Positions 8,297-17,173 of a DNA stretch of 54,723 nt are shown in pieces. The notes below the pieces were generated by a model. That model worked only from the letters and a program-made list of their open reading frames with translations, was not told the DNA's origin and made no database searches. The stretch covers positions 1 through 54,723 of the IMG/VR virus record IMGVR_UViG_3300043446_003852. One strand, written 5' to 3'. Position numbers and translations under genes: made by a program. The DNA is from a virus (taxonomy: Duplodnaviria; Caudoviricetes). The first letter of the stretch is position 1, and every line of letters begins with the position of its first letter.

Positions 8297-9028
8297 CTAA
8301 TCAGTACCGTGTTTATACACATATTCTAGATAGGATGGGAGTTTTTTAATAATTTCTTTTACCCAATCAGTATCTTTTACCAATACCGATTTATCTTTAA
8401 AGTATGACGCACATAGATTATCAATCTTTTTTTCAATATAATCCCGTTCGTGTTCAGAAAATTTTGAAATCATATTATCAATACTCTTTTGGAAAGTCTC
8501 TTCGTATGAATCGCCATTTCCAATCGATGTATCTCTGCCGGCATTTTGTCCCATAATCCATTTTTTTATCTTACCGCGACCAATTTTTGTCCCCAGAATA
8601 CCAGATGACTTATAAACATACGCACTAACATTCAACTCAAACAGTTTTGTATTTATCATCGGCTCAACTGCGCGCTTAATCTCAATAAACAGTTTTTCAA
8701 TCATAGAAGAATCTGCTTCTCCATCAAAACTAATAACGATACCGTCATAATAACCTATTTTTCCGTGATATTTTTCACCGATTTCTTCTATTGCAGTTTC
8801 AACTTTAACGATAATGTCTCTAATATCAGATTTTCTCATAAATTTAGCCATATACATATCTCGTATTGCAGTCGTGTTTATCGCGAGGTCCGTTGCCAAT
8901 TCACCCGTTAAACTAAATTCTTTTATTCTGTTTGATTCTTTAATAGAACTACGTGTTATAGACTTCTTAATCTTGTTCAATTCTTCTGTTGCTTCACGTA
9001 GTAATTCTTTCCTACTTGATAATTTCAT
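8297..9028 (-). CDS. hypothetical protein (MKLSSRK-LL-E leader)
   Basis: 243 aa; leader nearly identical to that of 33142-33612; ATATTTATA motif and GGAG upstream. Confidence 0.8.
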   Translation of the reverse strand: MKLSSRKELLREATEELNKIKKSITRSSIKESNRIKEFSLTGELATDLAINTTAIRDMYMAKFMRKSDIRDIIVKVETAIEEIGEKYHGKIGYYDGIVISFDGEADSSMIEKLFIEIKRAVEPMINTKLFELNVSAYVYKSSGILGTKIGRGKIKKWIMGQNAGRDTSIGNGDSYEETFQKSIDNMISKFSEHERDYIEKKIDNLCASYFKDKSVLVKDTDWVKEIIKKLPSYLEYVYKHGTD

Positions 9029-9082
9029 TTATTACTCCGAAAAAAAAAAATCTTGGTTATAGATATAAATATATTATAACTT

Positions 9083-10435
9083 TTAAAATCCTTCCAATTC
9101 CTTAAACTTTTGTGCAAGTGCTTTCTTTACCATCACCTCACCCTTCATAGAATCCGAAACAGATTTACCAATGTCAGAGTTTGGTTCAAAGATTTCAATA
9201 TGTCCCGTCATTGTATTTATCTTACTTGGGAATGTCATACCATCAGGACCAAATCGGTTTTTAATAATGTGCCATCTTCCTGTTCCACCAATCTTATCGT
9301 TTAGTTTACGTGAGAGAGACATAATGAAATCACAGACCATAACTTTATTATAAGATTCTGAAACCTTATTACCTTCAATCACATCTTCTTCTGTGGCAGA
9401 ACGATTGGCTTGTGATGCAGTCCAAATTGGAATGTCATACTCACCAGCAACACCACGAAGGTCTTCGTAAATGTCATTCAATTCTAATCTCTTATCACCA
9501 GCCTTCGATGGACGAATCAAGTCAGCATAATCAAGAACAATCATGTCTGGCTTTTTACCTTGGCTTATACATTTCTCGATGTGTGATGTGATAGTGGTTA
9601 TTGAAGCAGTTCTCGTGGGGTAATACTTAATAATAAGATTTCCATCCAAACTTTCCATTACTTCTTGAATTCTTTCACGAGAATGTTCATCTTGAAGATT
9701 TTGGAATGGTATCTTTGTTAGATAAGCATCGATACGCCTACCAACGTAGAAAGCATTCAATTCAAGTGTGTAATAGATAACTGTCTTACCTTGTTTTACC
9801 GCATTTGCTGCGAGATTGATTAGACCCCAACTCTTACCACCACCGGCAGGAGCAACTACAACACCCAACTCACCACCAGCAAGACCACCTGACATAATGT
9901 CATTAATTACATCCCAATTTGTAGAGACACACGTTCTTGCGCCTTCTGAATATCGTTCTTCTATTTGGTCTTTATATTCGTGACCAACGTCTTTATCGGC
10001 ACCAGCCTTGAGTGCAGAATCTACTTTTTTCTTGATTGCATCGAACTTACCAGCTTTCAAAAGGTCAACAGATTCAAGGATGGCAACTTTCATCTTTTGA
10101 TTCTTACAGAACTCAATGGTTTCATTCTTGACGTATTCCAAGTCAGGAGAGTTTTGAAGTCGAAGTGCTTCCTTCAATCCATCAACGATAGAAGTCCGTA
10201 GAAGTTTATCTTCCACTGGAACAAGAAGTGATTTGAAAACTTCAGGTGTTGGCGAATTTCTATACTCGGTATGATACTTCAGAATCTTATCTACCAACCA
10301 ATTGTTTGCTTGTGACTCAAAGTAAGCCGGTTCCAACAAATCAGAAGTTTGTTGTAGAAACCCTCTATCTGAAATGAGGGATGATATTACTTTTGTTTGA
10401 AACGTATGCCCGTACTCGGACAAATTATCCTGCAT
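9083..10435 (-). CDS. replicative DnaB/gp41-like DNA helicase
   Basis: Walker A APAGGGKS, YYTLE, VLDYADL, WTASQANR, KNRFG. Confidence 0.93.
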   Translation of the reverse strand: MQDNLSEYGHTFQTKVISSLISDRGFLQQTSDLLEPAYFESQANNWLVDKILKYHTEYRNSPTPEVFKSLLVPVEDKLLRTSIVDGLKEALRLQNSPDLEYVKNETIEFCKNQKMKVAILESVDLLKAGKFDAIKKKVDSALKAGADKDVGHEYKDQIEERYSEGARTCVSTNWDVINDIMSGGLAGGELGVVVAPAGGGKSWGLINLAANAVKQGKTVIYYTLELNAFYVGRRIDAYLTKIPFQNLQDEHSRERIQEVMESLDGNLIIKYYPTRTASITTITSHIEKCISQGKKPDMIVLDYADLIRPSKAGDKRLELNDIYEDLRGVAGEYDIPIWTASQANRSATEEDVIEGNKVSESYNKVMVCDFIMSLSRKLNDKIGGTGRWHIIKNRFGPDGMTFPSKINTMTGHIEIFEPNSDIGKSVSDSMKGEVMVKKALAQKFKELEGF

Positions 10436-11474
10436 ATTTCTCCCGAAGAGAATTTAGATTACTAAAATTATTTTGAAGCCAATCTTCCCACGTTGGGAAA
10501 GCACTACGAAGTTTATCTTGAACGAACATCTTATCCAATTCTATTTTAGACATACCATCAATTTCACCGTCAACCAAATTACGAATTGTTGACTTTGTAG
10601 AAGAAGGAATATCAACATCTTCTAATTGCATTATCTGGTAGTTTGTTTCAAATTGGCTGATGTTGTTTTTCAATTCATTCATCGCTTTTGACTTACCATC
10701 GTACAATTTACAACTTTCTACGAACTCTTCCAAATTTATTTTTTGACGGTCTCCTAATTGTGGAAATTGTTTGAGAATCGTCTTGTCTCCCATTCCTTTT
10801 ATACCCTGAATGTTATCCGACTTATCTCCGAGAAGTGCCTTGTAAAGGGCAAAGTTCTCAGACCAAATACCAGACTCTTCCAATAAATTTTCGGGGTTAT
10901 ACATCTTCTTTTTAGTTGGAACATAAACATTCACCTTATCCGAAACTAGTTGTAGAAAATCTCGGTCATTTGAAAGAATGAAAACTTTTTCGGGAAGGTA
11001 TGACGATAAGTAAGCAATAACATCATCGGCTTCGATATTGTCAATCATAATCGTTGTTACTGGAAGTTGTTGCAGATATTGATATACCCGTGAAATCTGA
11101 AATTTCATAGATTGTTGTTCATCTACAATATCTTCAAAACCAACAACTCGGTTGAGACGAGATTTGATTGCTCTGCGTTCTTTATAATTTGAATATACTT
11201 TTTTACGTCTTAAAGACCCACCCTTACCATCAAATACTACAACCACTCGTGTTGGTCGAGTCATTCTTATAGTGGCACCAAGTGATTTAAGGAAACCAAC
11301 TAAACCACCTATATGTTGTCCATCGTCATTTAATGTGGGTATAGCGGAGAATGTTCTGATAAAAAGATTCATCCCGTCAACTATCAAAACTCTACTATCT
11401 CGGTGAAGATTATCTGCATTTTTGTGTTCTTCTTCTACTTCTTTCAGAAGTTCTTTATATTTACGAATCATCAT
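10425..11474 (-). CDS. 5'-3' exonuclease / RNase H (PolI N-terminal, T4 rnh-like)
   Basis: LIVDGMN, VVFDG, YKERR, EADDVIA, SNDRDFLQ, GDKSDNIQGIKGMG. Confidence 0.93.
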   Translation of the reverse strand: MMIRKYKELLKEVEEEHKNADNLHRDSRVLIVDGMNLFIRTFSAIPTLNDDGQHIGGLVGFLKSLGATIRMTRPTRVVVVFDGKGGSLRRKKVYSNYKERRAIKSRLNRVVGFEDIVDEQQSMKFQISRVYQYLQQLPVTTIMIDNIEADDVIAYLSSYLPEKVFILSNDRDFLQLVSDKVNVYVPTKKKMYNPENLLEESGIWSENFALYKALLGDKSDNIQGIKGMGDKTILKQFPQLGDRQKINLEEFVESCKLYDGKSKAMNELKNNISQFETNYQIMQLEDVDIPSSTKSTIRNLVDGEIDGMSKIELDKMFVQDKLRSAFPTWEDWLQNNFSNLNSLREKYAG

Positions 11475-11504
11475 AATGTATTCCGTGTGAATTTGAATGG
11501 ACTA

Positions 11505-11535
11505 CAATATATGAAATTTTCGGGACATATCCAAA
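11505..11535 (-). promoter_or_regulatory. host-RNAP promoter
   Basis: TTTG-N20-TATATTG immediately after the recA terminator. Confidence 0.65.
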
Positions 11536-11536
11536 T

Positions 11537-11566
11537 AAAAAAGGGAACCCGTTTGGATTCCCTTTT
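11537..11566 (-). terminator. intrinsic terminator after recA
   Basis: AAAAGGGAA..CC-GTTT-GG..TTCCCTTTT hairpin with flanking A/T tracts. Confidence 0.7.
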
Positions 11567-11572
11567 ATTAAA

Positions 11573-12724
11573 TCAAACATCATCGATGAGTGGGTCTTCT
11601 GAAAGAACTACATCATCTATTCGTGCCCCATCTAACTGCTGATATTTCATAATCACCTTATCGGCAATTTCATCATAAATGATTTCAGCAAGTTCGGGAA
11701 CGTTGATGATTTTCTCTACGAATTCCTTTGATTGGAACTTAATAATTTCGCCCGAACGTTTGTCCGTCCAAGAATACCAAGCACCCGATTGACCGACGAG
11801 ACCGTAGTCCTTCATTGTTGTCAACCAAGACGAGTAATCATCGATACCCGAATCAAAGTACACTTCATATTCACATTCTCTGAGAGGAGGTCCTACACGA
11901 TTTTTTACGAGTTTTGCCTTTACTCTCGAACCAATGATTGTATCTTGTCCATTCACCTTTGCCTTGATGGCACCGATGGATGATAGACGAATACGAACAG
12001 AAGCGTGAAATGGAATTCCCTTACCACCTGGAGTTGTCCATGGATCAGAGAAAGCCGGTGCATTCAACTTTTGACGAAGTTGGTTTGTAAATATAAGGCA
12101 GATACGTTCACGACCAATCAAGTTCGTAATCTTTCTCATCGCCTTTGAGATGATGAGTGCCTTTGCAGTTGCATAACCATCCTTATCAAAGTCAGCCGCC
12201 ATCTCTGTCTTTGTTGAAGCTCCTGCAATAGAGTCAACAACGATAGTCACAAGTCGGTTCTTATCTGATGAACGAACCTTCTCAATGATAGTTTCCACCG
12301 TTTCGAAAATGTCTTCTACCGTTTCAAGCGGTATGTATAACATCTCTTTTAGATTGAGACCGATGGCTGAAAGAAACTCTGTTGAAAGGGCATTTTCTGT
12401 GTCAATATAGACAGCAAGACCACCCTTCTTTTGAGTATTGAGTAGGGTGTGAGCGGCAAGTAGTGACTTACCGCTCTGTTCCAACCCTGTTATTTCACAA
12501 ACACGACCAACGGGAAATCCACCATTCTTTCTGTTTGAGATGGCAAGGTCAAGGATAGTTGACCCCGTAGATACCCATTCCTTCACGATGGTTGGTGCAT
12601 CATCGTCACCTTCCAAGAAGTAGGCGGTCTTCAAGTTCTGTGACTTGAATTGCTTGTTAATAGTTTCTGCGATTGCCCCACCGAGTTCATCGGTGAGTTG
12701 TGCTTTATTATTTGTTTTTGCCAT
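11573..12724 (-). CDS. recA: RecA/UvsX-like recombinase
   Basis: STGSTILD, GLEQSGKS Walker A, YIDTE, IVVDS, FTNQLR, TTPGG, VKNRVGPP. Confidence 0.93.
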   Translation of the reverse strand: MAKTNNKAQLTDELGGAIAETINKQFKSQNLKTAYFLEGDDDAPTIVKEWVSTGSTILDLAISNRKNGGFPVGRVCEITGLEQSGKSLLAAHTLLNTQKKGGLAVYIDTENALSTEFLSAIGLNLKEMLYIPLETVEDIFETVETIIEKVRSSDKNRLVTIVVDSIAGASTKTEMAADFDKDGYATAKALIISKAMRKITNLIGRERICLIFTNQLRQKLNAPAFSDPWTTPGGKGIPFHASVRIRLSSIGAIKAKVNGQDTIIGSRVKAKLVKNRVGPPLRECEYEVYFDSGIDDYSSWLTTMKDYGLVGQSGAWYSWTDKRSGEIIKFQSKEFVEKIINVPELAEIIYDEIADKVIMKYQQLDGARIDDVVLSEDPLIDDV

Positions 12725-12734
12725 AGTTTATCTC

Positions 12735-13490
12735 TTATGAAAATAAGTCATCAAATGCATCTTCGATTTCTGCCTTTGTTACCGATTGTTTTTGAGGCTC
12801 GGAAGGTTTCTTATATTCTGTTTCCTCGCTTTGTTCTTCGGCTTGACCCATCCAAGTTTGAAGATATGACTTCAATTCTTCATAAGTTGGTTCTGGATAA
12901 AGTTCTGTAATGGAAGGTTGCTCCTTAATCTTCTCAATTATCTCAGGGTTTTCTGTTGCCGGTGTTTGCTTTGGCTTGATACGAATCGTTGTTTCAGCAA
13001 AGTTCTTACCAGCTTCTTCAGCAGACTTTACAGTTACTACGATGTCACGACCTTCCTTCAAGTCTGTAATATCACCGTAATCAGGGTCAGCAATAAATGA
13101 AAGAAGTTCTTGGTAAAGTTGCTTACCAAATCCCCAAAACTTAACACCTTCTTTTTCTTGACCACGAACAATTACAGGAACATATGTACGCATCTTCGGT
13201 TCTAATTTACGACCCATAACCCAACTTTCCTTATCGCCAGTTTGCTTTAGTTTTTCTGCAAACTCAACGATTGGGTCAGGACGACCAAATGATACAGGTG
13301 AAACGATTGATTTCTTTACAAGATTGTAGTGGAAGAACAACTCGATGAAAGGATTTTCTCGGTTGTGTACATAAGGAACAATTCGAATTTGGTGTTCGCC
13401 AGGTTCTGGCTTCCAAATATTTGAAGTGCGATTCGTCGCATTCTTCAGATTGTTCAAACGGTTGCGGATAGCATCAAGATTGATTGCCAT
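12735..13490 (-). CDS. single-stranded DNA-binding protein (gp32-like)
   Basis: IWKP..GEHQIRIVP, GVKFWGFGK, DYGDITD..EGRD, acidic DDLF C-tail. Confidence 0.85.
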   Translation of the reverse strand: MAINLDAIRNRLNNLKNATNRTSNIWKPEPGEHQIRIVPYVHNRENPFIELFFHYNLVKKSIVSPVSFGRPDPIVEFAEKLKQTGDKESWVMGRKLEPKMRTYVPVIVRGQEKEGVKFWGFGKQLYQELLSFIADPDYGDITDLKEGRDIVVTVKSAEEAGKNFAETTIRIKPKQTPATENPEIIEKIKEQPSITELYPEPTYEELKSYLQTWMGQAEEQSEETEYKKPSEPQKQSVTKAEIEDAFDDLFS

Positions 13491-13563
13491 AGTGTTACTC
13501 CTAAATGTTAAATGATAATTGTGAACTGATAGCTTTTATCAGGTCAATTGTTAATTTATAATA

Positions 13564-13595
13564 CTAATATACGAAATTAAATGTTAAAAGTCAAT
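13564..13595 (-). promoter_or_regulatory. host-RNAP promoter of the SSB-recA operon
   Basis: ATTG(AC)-N20-TATATTAG. Confidence 0.65.
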
Positions 13596-13605
13596 AGGTG
13601 TGGAT

Positions 13606-13649
13606 AAAAAAACCCAAAAGGGTCAGGGAATTAACCCCGACCCTTTGGA
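13606..13649 (-). terminator. intrinsic terminator
   Basis: CCAAAGGGTCGGGG/CCCTGACCCTTTTGG stem then T-tract (minus strand). Confidence 0.65.
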
Positions 13650-14248
13650 TTCTTATCGTCTGTGGTTCCTCTTTTTTGACGAGAGACAATCCACTTTTCA
13701 AGTATAATCTTCTGTTCAGGTGTAAGAATTTCTTTGAGTGAGTTTAAAAATTGTGTATCACACCCTTGTAAACATTCACGAACCTTATCCTTTGGTAATG
13801 CTTTTAGTTTTTCTTGTGTTGCCTTTTTAAGGTCTGCCAATTCACGACGTGCTTGTTCACGAGTGATTGTACCGGCTTTTAATGCTTCTTTGATTTTTTG
13901 TTCTTCTACTCTTGAGTTTATAAGAATTTCACGTTCAGCTGTCTTGAGTGTTTCGATACAAGATTGTGTACATTCTTTGTGTTGTTTGAGTAAAGTTTCT
14001 ACTATTGTTTTTTGTTCTGGTGTAAGATTCAAAATACGAAGAAGGTCAACAAATGGACTTGGAGTAACCTTTTTACCTGCATCTGGCTTTGGAGTTTCGA
14101 TTGGTTGTTCTGATATAGAACCATCAGAATTTACCACCATTGTTGTGTATATTGCTTCTGATTCTATTGGACCAGTTTGTGTATTTGAGCAACCGATGAA
14201 TGTCATCAGTCCAAAAACAGTAACGAGTGAAAGTAGTGTTGTCTTCAT
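13631..14248 (-). CDS. lipoprotein with Spy/CpxP-like LTxEQ motifs
   Basis: signal peptide with lipobox FIG-C; LNLTPEQK and ILTPEQK; two CxxxC; AAGGAG RBS before ATG 14248. Confidence 0.7.
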   Translation of the reverse strand: MKTTLLSLVTVFGLMTFIGCSNTQTGPIESEAIYTTMVVNSDGSISEQPIETPKPDAGKKVTPSPFVDLLRILNLTPEQKTIVETLLKQHKECTQSCIETLKTAEREILINSRVEEQKIKEALKAGTITREQARRELADLKKATQEKLKALPKDKVRECLQGCDTQFLNSLKEILTPEQKIILEKWIVSRQKRGTTDDKNPKGRG

Positions 14249-14291
14249 AATTTCTCCTTTGTAAAACATCTTTTTTATAATAACCCGCAAA

Positions 14292-14963
14292 TTACTTTTT
14301 GGTTACAGCTTTTTTTAAAATTTCTCTAACAATATTTTTTACACGTCGTTGAAGTGCTTCTGATGTTTCTTCTTCACCCGTATCTTCAACAGGAGCTGTA
14401 TCTCCAGTATCTGATGTTTCGGAATCCATCCCGTCATCTCCACTTTCTTCATCGTCACCTGTTTCTTTTTCTTCTGGTTCTTCTGGTTTTTCTTCTTGTC
14501 CAACAACAATTGAATCATCAAGTTTAGATGTAATAGTTTCAGCTACTGCATTTAATTCTGCTGAAATTGAATCGAAAAGTTCTTTATCTTCGTCGGTCAT
14601 CTTCGAACTAATGATTTTTGCAATCTTACTCATTACTCGTTTCATGTCCGCATCAAAATCCGCACGTTCTTCTTCTGTGGGTTGCATTTTTTTAAGTTTC
14701 TTCAATGTAATCAGTAAACCTTTTAATGCGGGAAGAGAAGAAAATCTTGAAGATATAGATTTAAAAGTTGCTTCATTTTTCTTAAACGACTCGGTTCTAC
14801 CTAATTCTCTAAACCATTTTGATATTTCAGCGGGTCCAAGGTCAGGGAATATTATTGTCAACAAACCGTTTCCACGAGTAACATAAGAACCAGCATCTAT
14901 AAAAGCAACATACTTCATCGGTGCTGAAATTATGTCTGCAATATCTTCATTAATCTTTTTCAT
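14292..14963 (-). CDS. hypothetical protein with acidic tail
   Basis: MKKINE start with GAGG RBS; C-terminal VKNIVREIL motif. Confidence 0.75.
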   Translation of the reverse strand: MKKINEDIADIISAPMKYVAFIDAGSYVTRGNGLLTIIFPDLGPAEISKWFRELGRTESFKKNEATFKSISSRFSSLPALKGLLITLKKLKKMQPTEEERADFDADMKRVMSKIAKIISSKMTDEDKELFDSISAELNAVAETITSKLDDSIVVGQEEKPEEPEEKETGDDEESGDDGMDSETSDTGDTAPVEDTGEEETSEALQRRVKNIVREILKKAVTKK

Positions 14964-14975
14964 TAAATTCCTCAA

Positions 14976-15299
14976 TTAAGGTTGTAAAGTAATATATCTG
15001 TTCTGTTGTCCAACATATACACTTATACTTGTTTTTTTATTGAAGAAATGTAATTTGTTGCCCATAGGTTTCTTGTATTCATAACCAAGACCACGAAGAA
15101 CATCTACGATTTGATGTTCCTGATACTTACTGGCATTAATAACATTATTGGGTAACATTGTTATGTTTCCCAATTTTACTTTTAAATCATTAAACAAATT
15201 ATCAATACCTTCCGATTCGGTTACAATTTTAAATTGTTCCTTCATGGATTTTATTATCGAATTTGTTTCTTCAATAAGTTTTGTATAGTTCATTTTCAT
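14976..15299 (-). CDS. hypothetical protein
   Basis: ORF in operon; ATG 15299 or 15293. Confidence 0.65.
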   Translation of the reverse strand: MKMNYTKLIEETNSIIKSMKEQFKIVTESEGIDNLFNDLKVKLGNITMLPNNVINASKYQEHQIVDVLRGLGYEYKKPMGNKLHFFNKKTSISVYVGQQNRYITLQP

Positions 15300-15343
15300 A
15301 AGTTTGTTCCAATATACTATAAATATCTGAAAGTTCAAAATTT

Positions 15344-15733
15344 CTAAATAGAATAAGTTTTAACTATTTGAATTCTTATAATCTTCAGACCGTCTGGCTT
15401 TTTTGACAACATAGTATCTTTGTATCTTTCCCACTCAATCGGATATTTTTTATCGAGTACACCGTTATTCAATGACATAATTAAATCATTTAAAGCGTTA
15501 ATAGTGTAAATTGTATTTGTTTCTTTCTTACGATGAACCAAGATAGAATCCGGTAAAAATTCTCGATGGGAATCCAATATGATATTGTACGATAATATCA
15601 TTTCATTTTCCAAGTCAACCGACTTCAACAAGAATACTTTGTTATTTAACAATTCAAAGGATTCTGAAATTTTCTGCAATGTTTGGTCTATCTTATTATT
15701 TTTTACAAATGTACATATTAACTGTGTCTTCAA
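15344..15733 (-). CDS. conserved hypothetical phage protein
   Basis: QLICTF...ILVHRKKETNTIYTINALN motif; TTG start. Confidence 0.75.
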   Translation of the reverse strand: MKTQLICTFVKNNKIDQTLQKISESFELLNNKVFLLKSVDLENEMILSYNIILDSHREFLPDSILVHRKKETNTIYTINALNDLIMSLNNGVLDKKYPIEWERYKDTMLSKKPDGLKIIRIQIVKTYSI

Positions 15734-15746
15734 TACCTTTCTCTCA

Positions 15747-15932
15747 TTAGTTATTAGCTATGTTCTTAATCCACTCGATGATTATATCCTGTTCTCCGAT
15801 ATATTCGTTCATTATACCAAATAATATGTTTAAATGTGATTCGTTTTTTAAATCTATTATTCCCGACGGAATTCTATTAGATAATTCAACCACTATCTCT
15901 TCTACTACATCTTCCATATTCTTTTCTTTCAT
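15747..15932 (-). CDS. hypothetical protein
   Basis: 61 aa, ATATTTATA motif upstream. Confidence 0.6.
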   Translation of the reverse strand: MKEKNMEDVVEEIVVELSNRIPSGIIDLKNESHLNILFGIMNEYIGEQDIIIEWIKNIANN

Positions 15933-15959
15933 GTATTAGTATATGCTATAAATATCACT

Positions 15960-17168
15960 TTAATCCTGTAAACTACCAAAATTCTCACCAATAGAACATT
16001 TAGTTGTCATACCATCGGTTTCGAAAGCACGTTTTAATTGTGGTATAAATTCTATTTCATCAGATGGAACGTCAAATACAAAAGCATCATAGAGATACAT
16101 ACACAATACCGTTCGTTTGTCCTGTAATAGAGGTAGAATCGTTTTTAATTTACGAACGTTGTATTCGGTCTCTAATGATTGTAAGAAGTAATTGAAGACC
16201 TTGTTTGGTGTTGGGTCTTCTATATCACGGAATCTCTTGTGATAGAAATATGATTCCGTATATCCTTTCTCCACATACTCTTTATACAACTCGTCAATCA
16301 TTGCCTGAACTCTTTGGAAGAACGGGTGTTGTATAAATTGGTCTGTAATTGTTCCATAGATATTTTGAAATACTCGCGACTTTACTTCGTCATACGAAAT
16401 GTCAAGTCCCAACTCTTCTTTTATTTCTTCGTATGGGTGTTTGGTAAACTTATAGTCAAGAATCTTAGCCAATAATTTAATGTGAAAAGCATCATAGTCA
16501 AACTGGACGATCTTGCCTCCTTCAAAGCGAGAATGAATCTTATTACGTGTACCATCGTTTTTGTTCAAGGCAGAGAAGTTAAAGTTATTCCATGAATTAC
16601 TTGGACGAGATGTTGCGGTGTACCACATATAGTTTTGTTTCTTCATCTCATCACCAACAGGAATTTCGTTTAGTTCTATGAACTTAAATTCATGTGTAAA
16701 ATCTTCACAGTAGTCTATACATTGTTTTGAAATCTTATCTGGTTTATAGTAAGGAAGAACATATAGAATAACGTTTTCTGCAAACTCTATAAGTTTTGAA
16801 AGAGGTATTATCTTGGTCAACTTTTTAGAGTCGTAATACCGAGAGTAAAAATTCTCCATCACATTTGTATAGAATTCTTGCACATTCACATGGTCATGGA
16901 TGTAATAATGAAGGTAAGAATTCAAGTCTATACCAACGTCAAAAGTATGATATAACATAGTTTTCTTATTAAGAACAAGAGAGTTTGGATGTAGTTTTAT
17001 ATCGGATAAGTTATATTCAGATGCAAGGGAATCTGGATGTGTAAAATTTATCAACTTTCTACTACCATCTATAAAATAAAGGTATATCCCATTTACTTCC
17101 ACATCAGAAGAATGAAAGTTGTTATTTGAAAAAAACGGAATACAGATACAAGGGGTATCTTGAAACAT
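15960..17168 (-). CDS. truncated family A DNA polymerase-like protein
   Basis: TATSRPS, motif A QFDYDAFHIKLL, motif B KSRVFQNIYG, NYFLQSLE, motif C YLYDAFVFD; only 402 aa. Confidence 0.75.
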   Translation of the reverse strand: MFQDTPCICIPFFSNNNFHSSDVEVNGIYLYFIDGSRKLINFTHPDSLASEYNLSDIKLHPNSLVLNKKTMLYHTFDVGIDLNSYLHYYIHDHVNVQEFYTNVMENFYSRYYDSKKLTKIIPLSKLIEFAENVILYVLPYYKPDKISKQCIDYCEDFTHEFKFIELNEIPVGDEMKKQNYMWYTATSRPSNSWNNFNFSALNKNDGTRNKIHSRFEGGKIVQFDYDAFHIKLLAKILDYKFTKHPYEEIKEELGLDISYDEVKSRVFQNIYGTITDQFIQHPFFQRVQAMIDELYKEYVEKGYTESYFYHKRFRDIEDPTPNKVFNYFLQSLETEYNVRKLKTILPLLQDKRTVLCMYLYDAFVFDVPSDEIEFIPQLKRAFETDGMTTKCSIGENFGSLQD

Positions 17169-17173
17169 AATTC

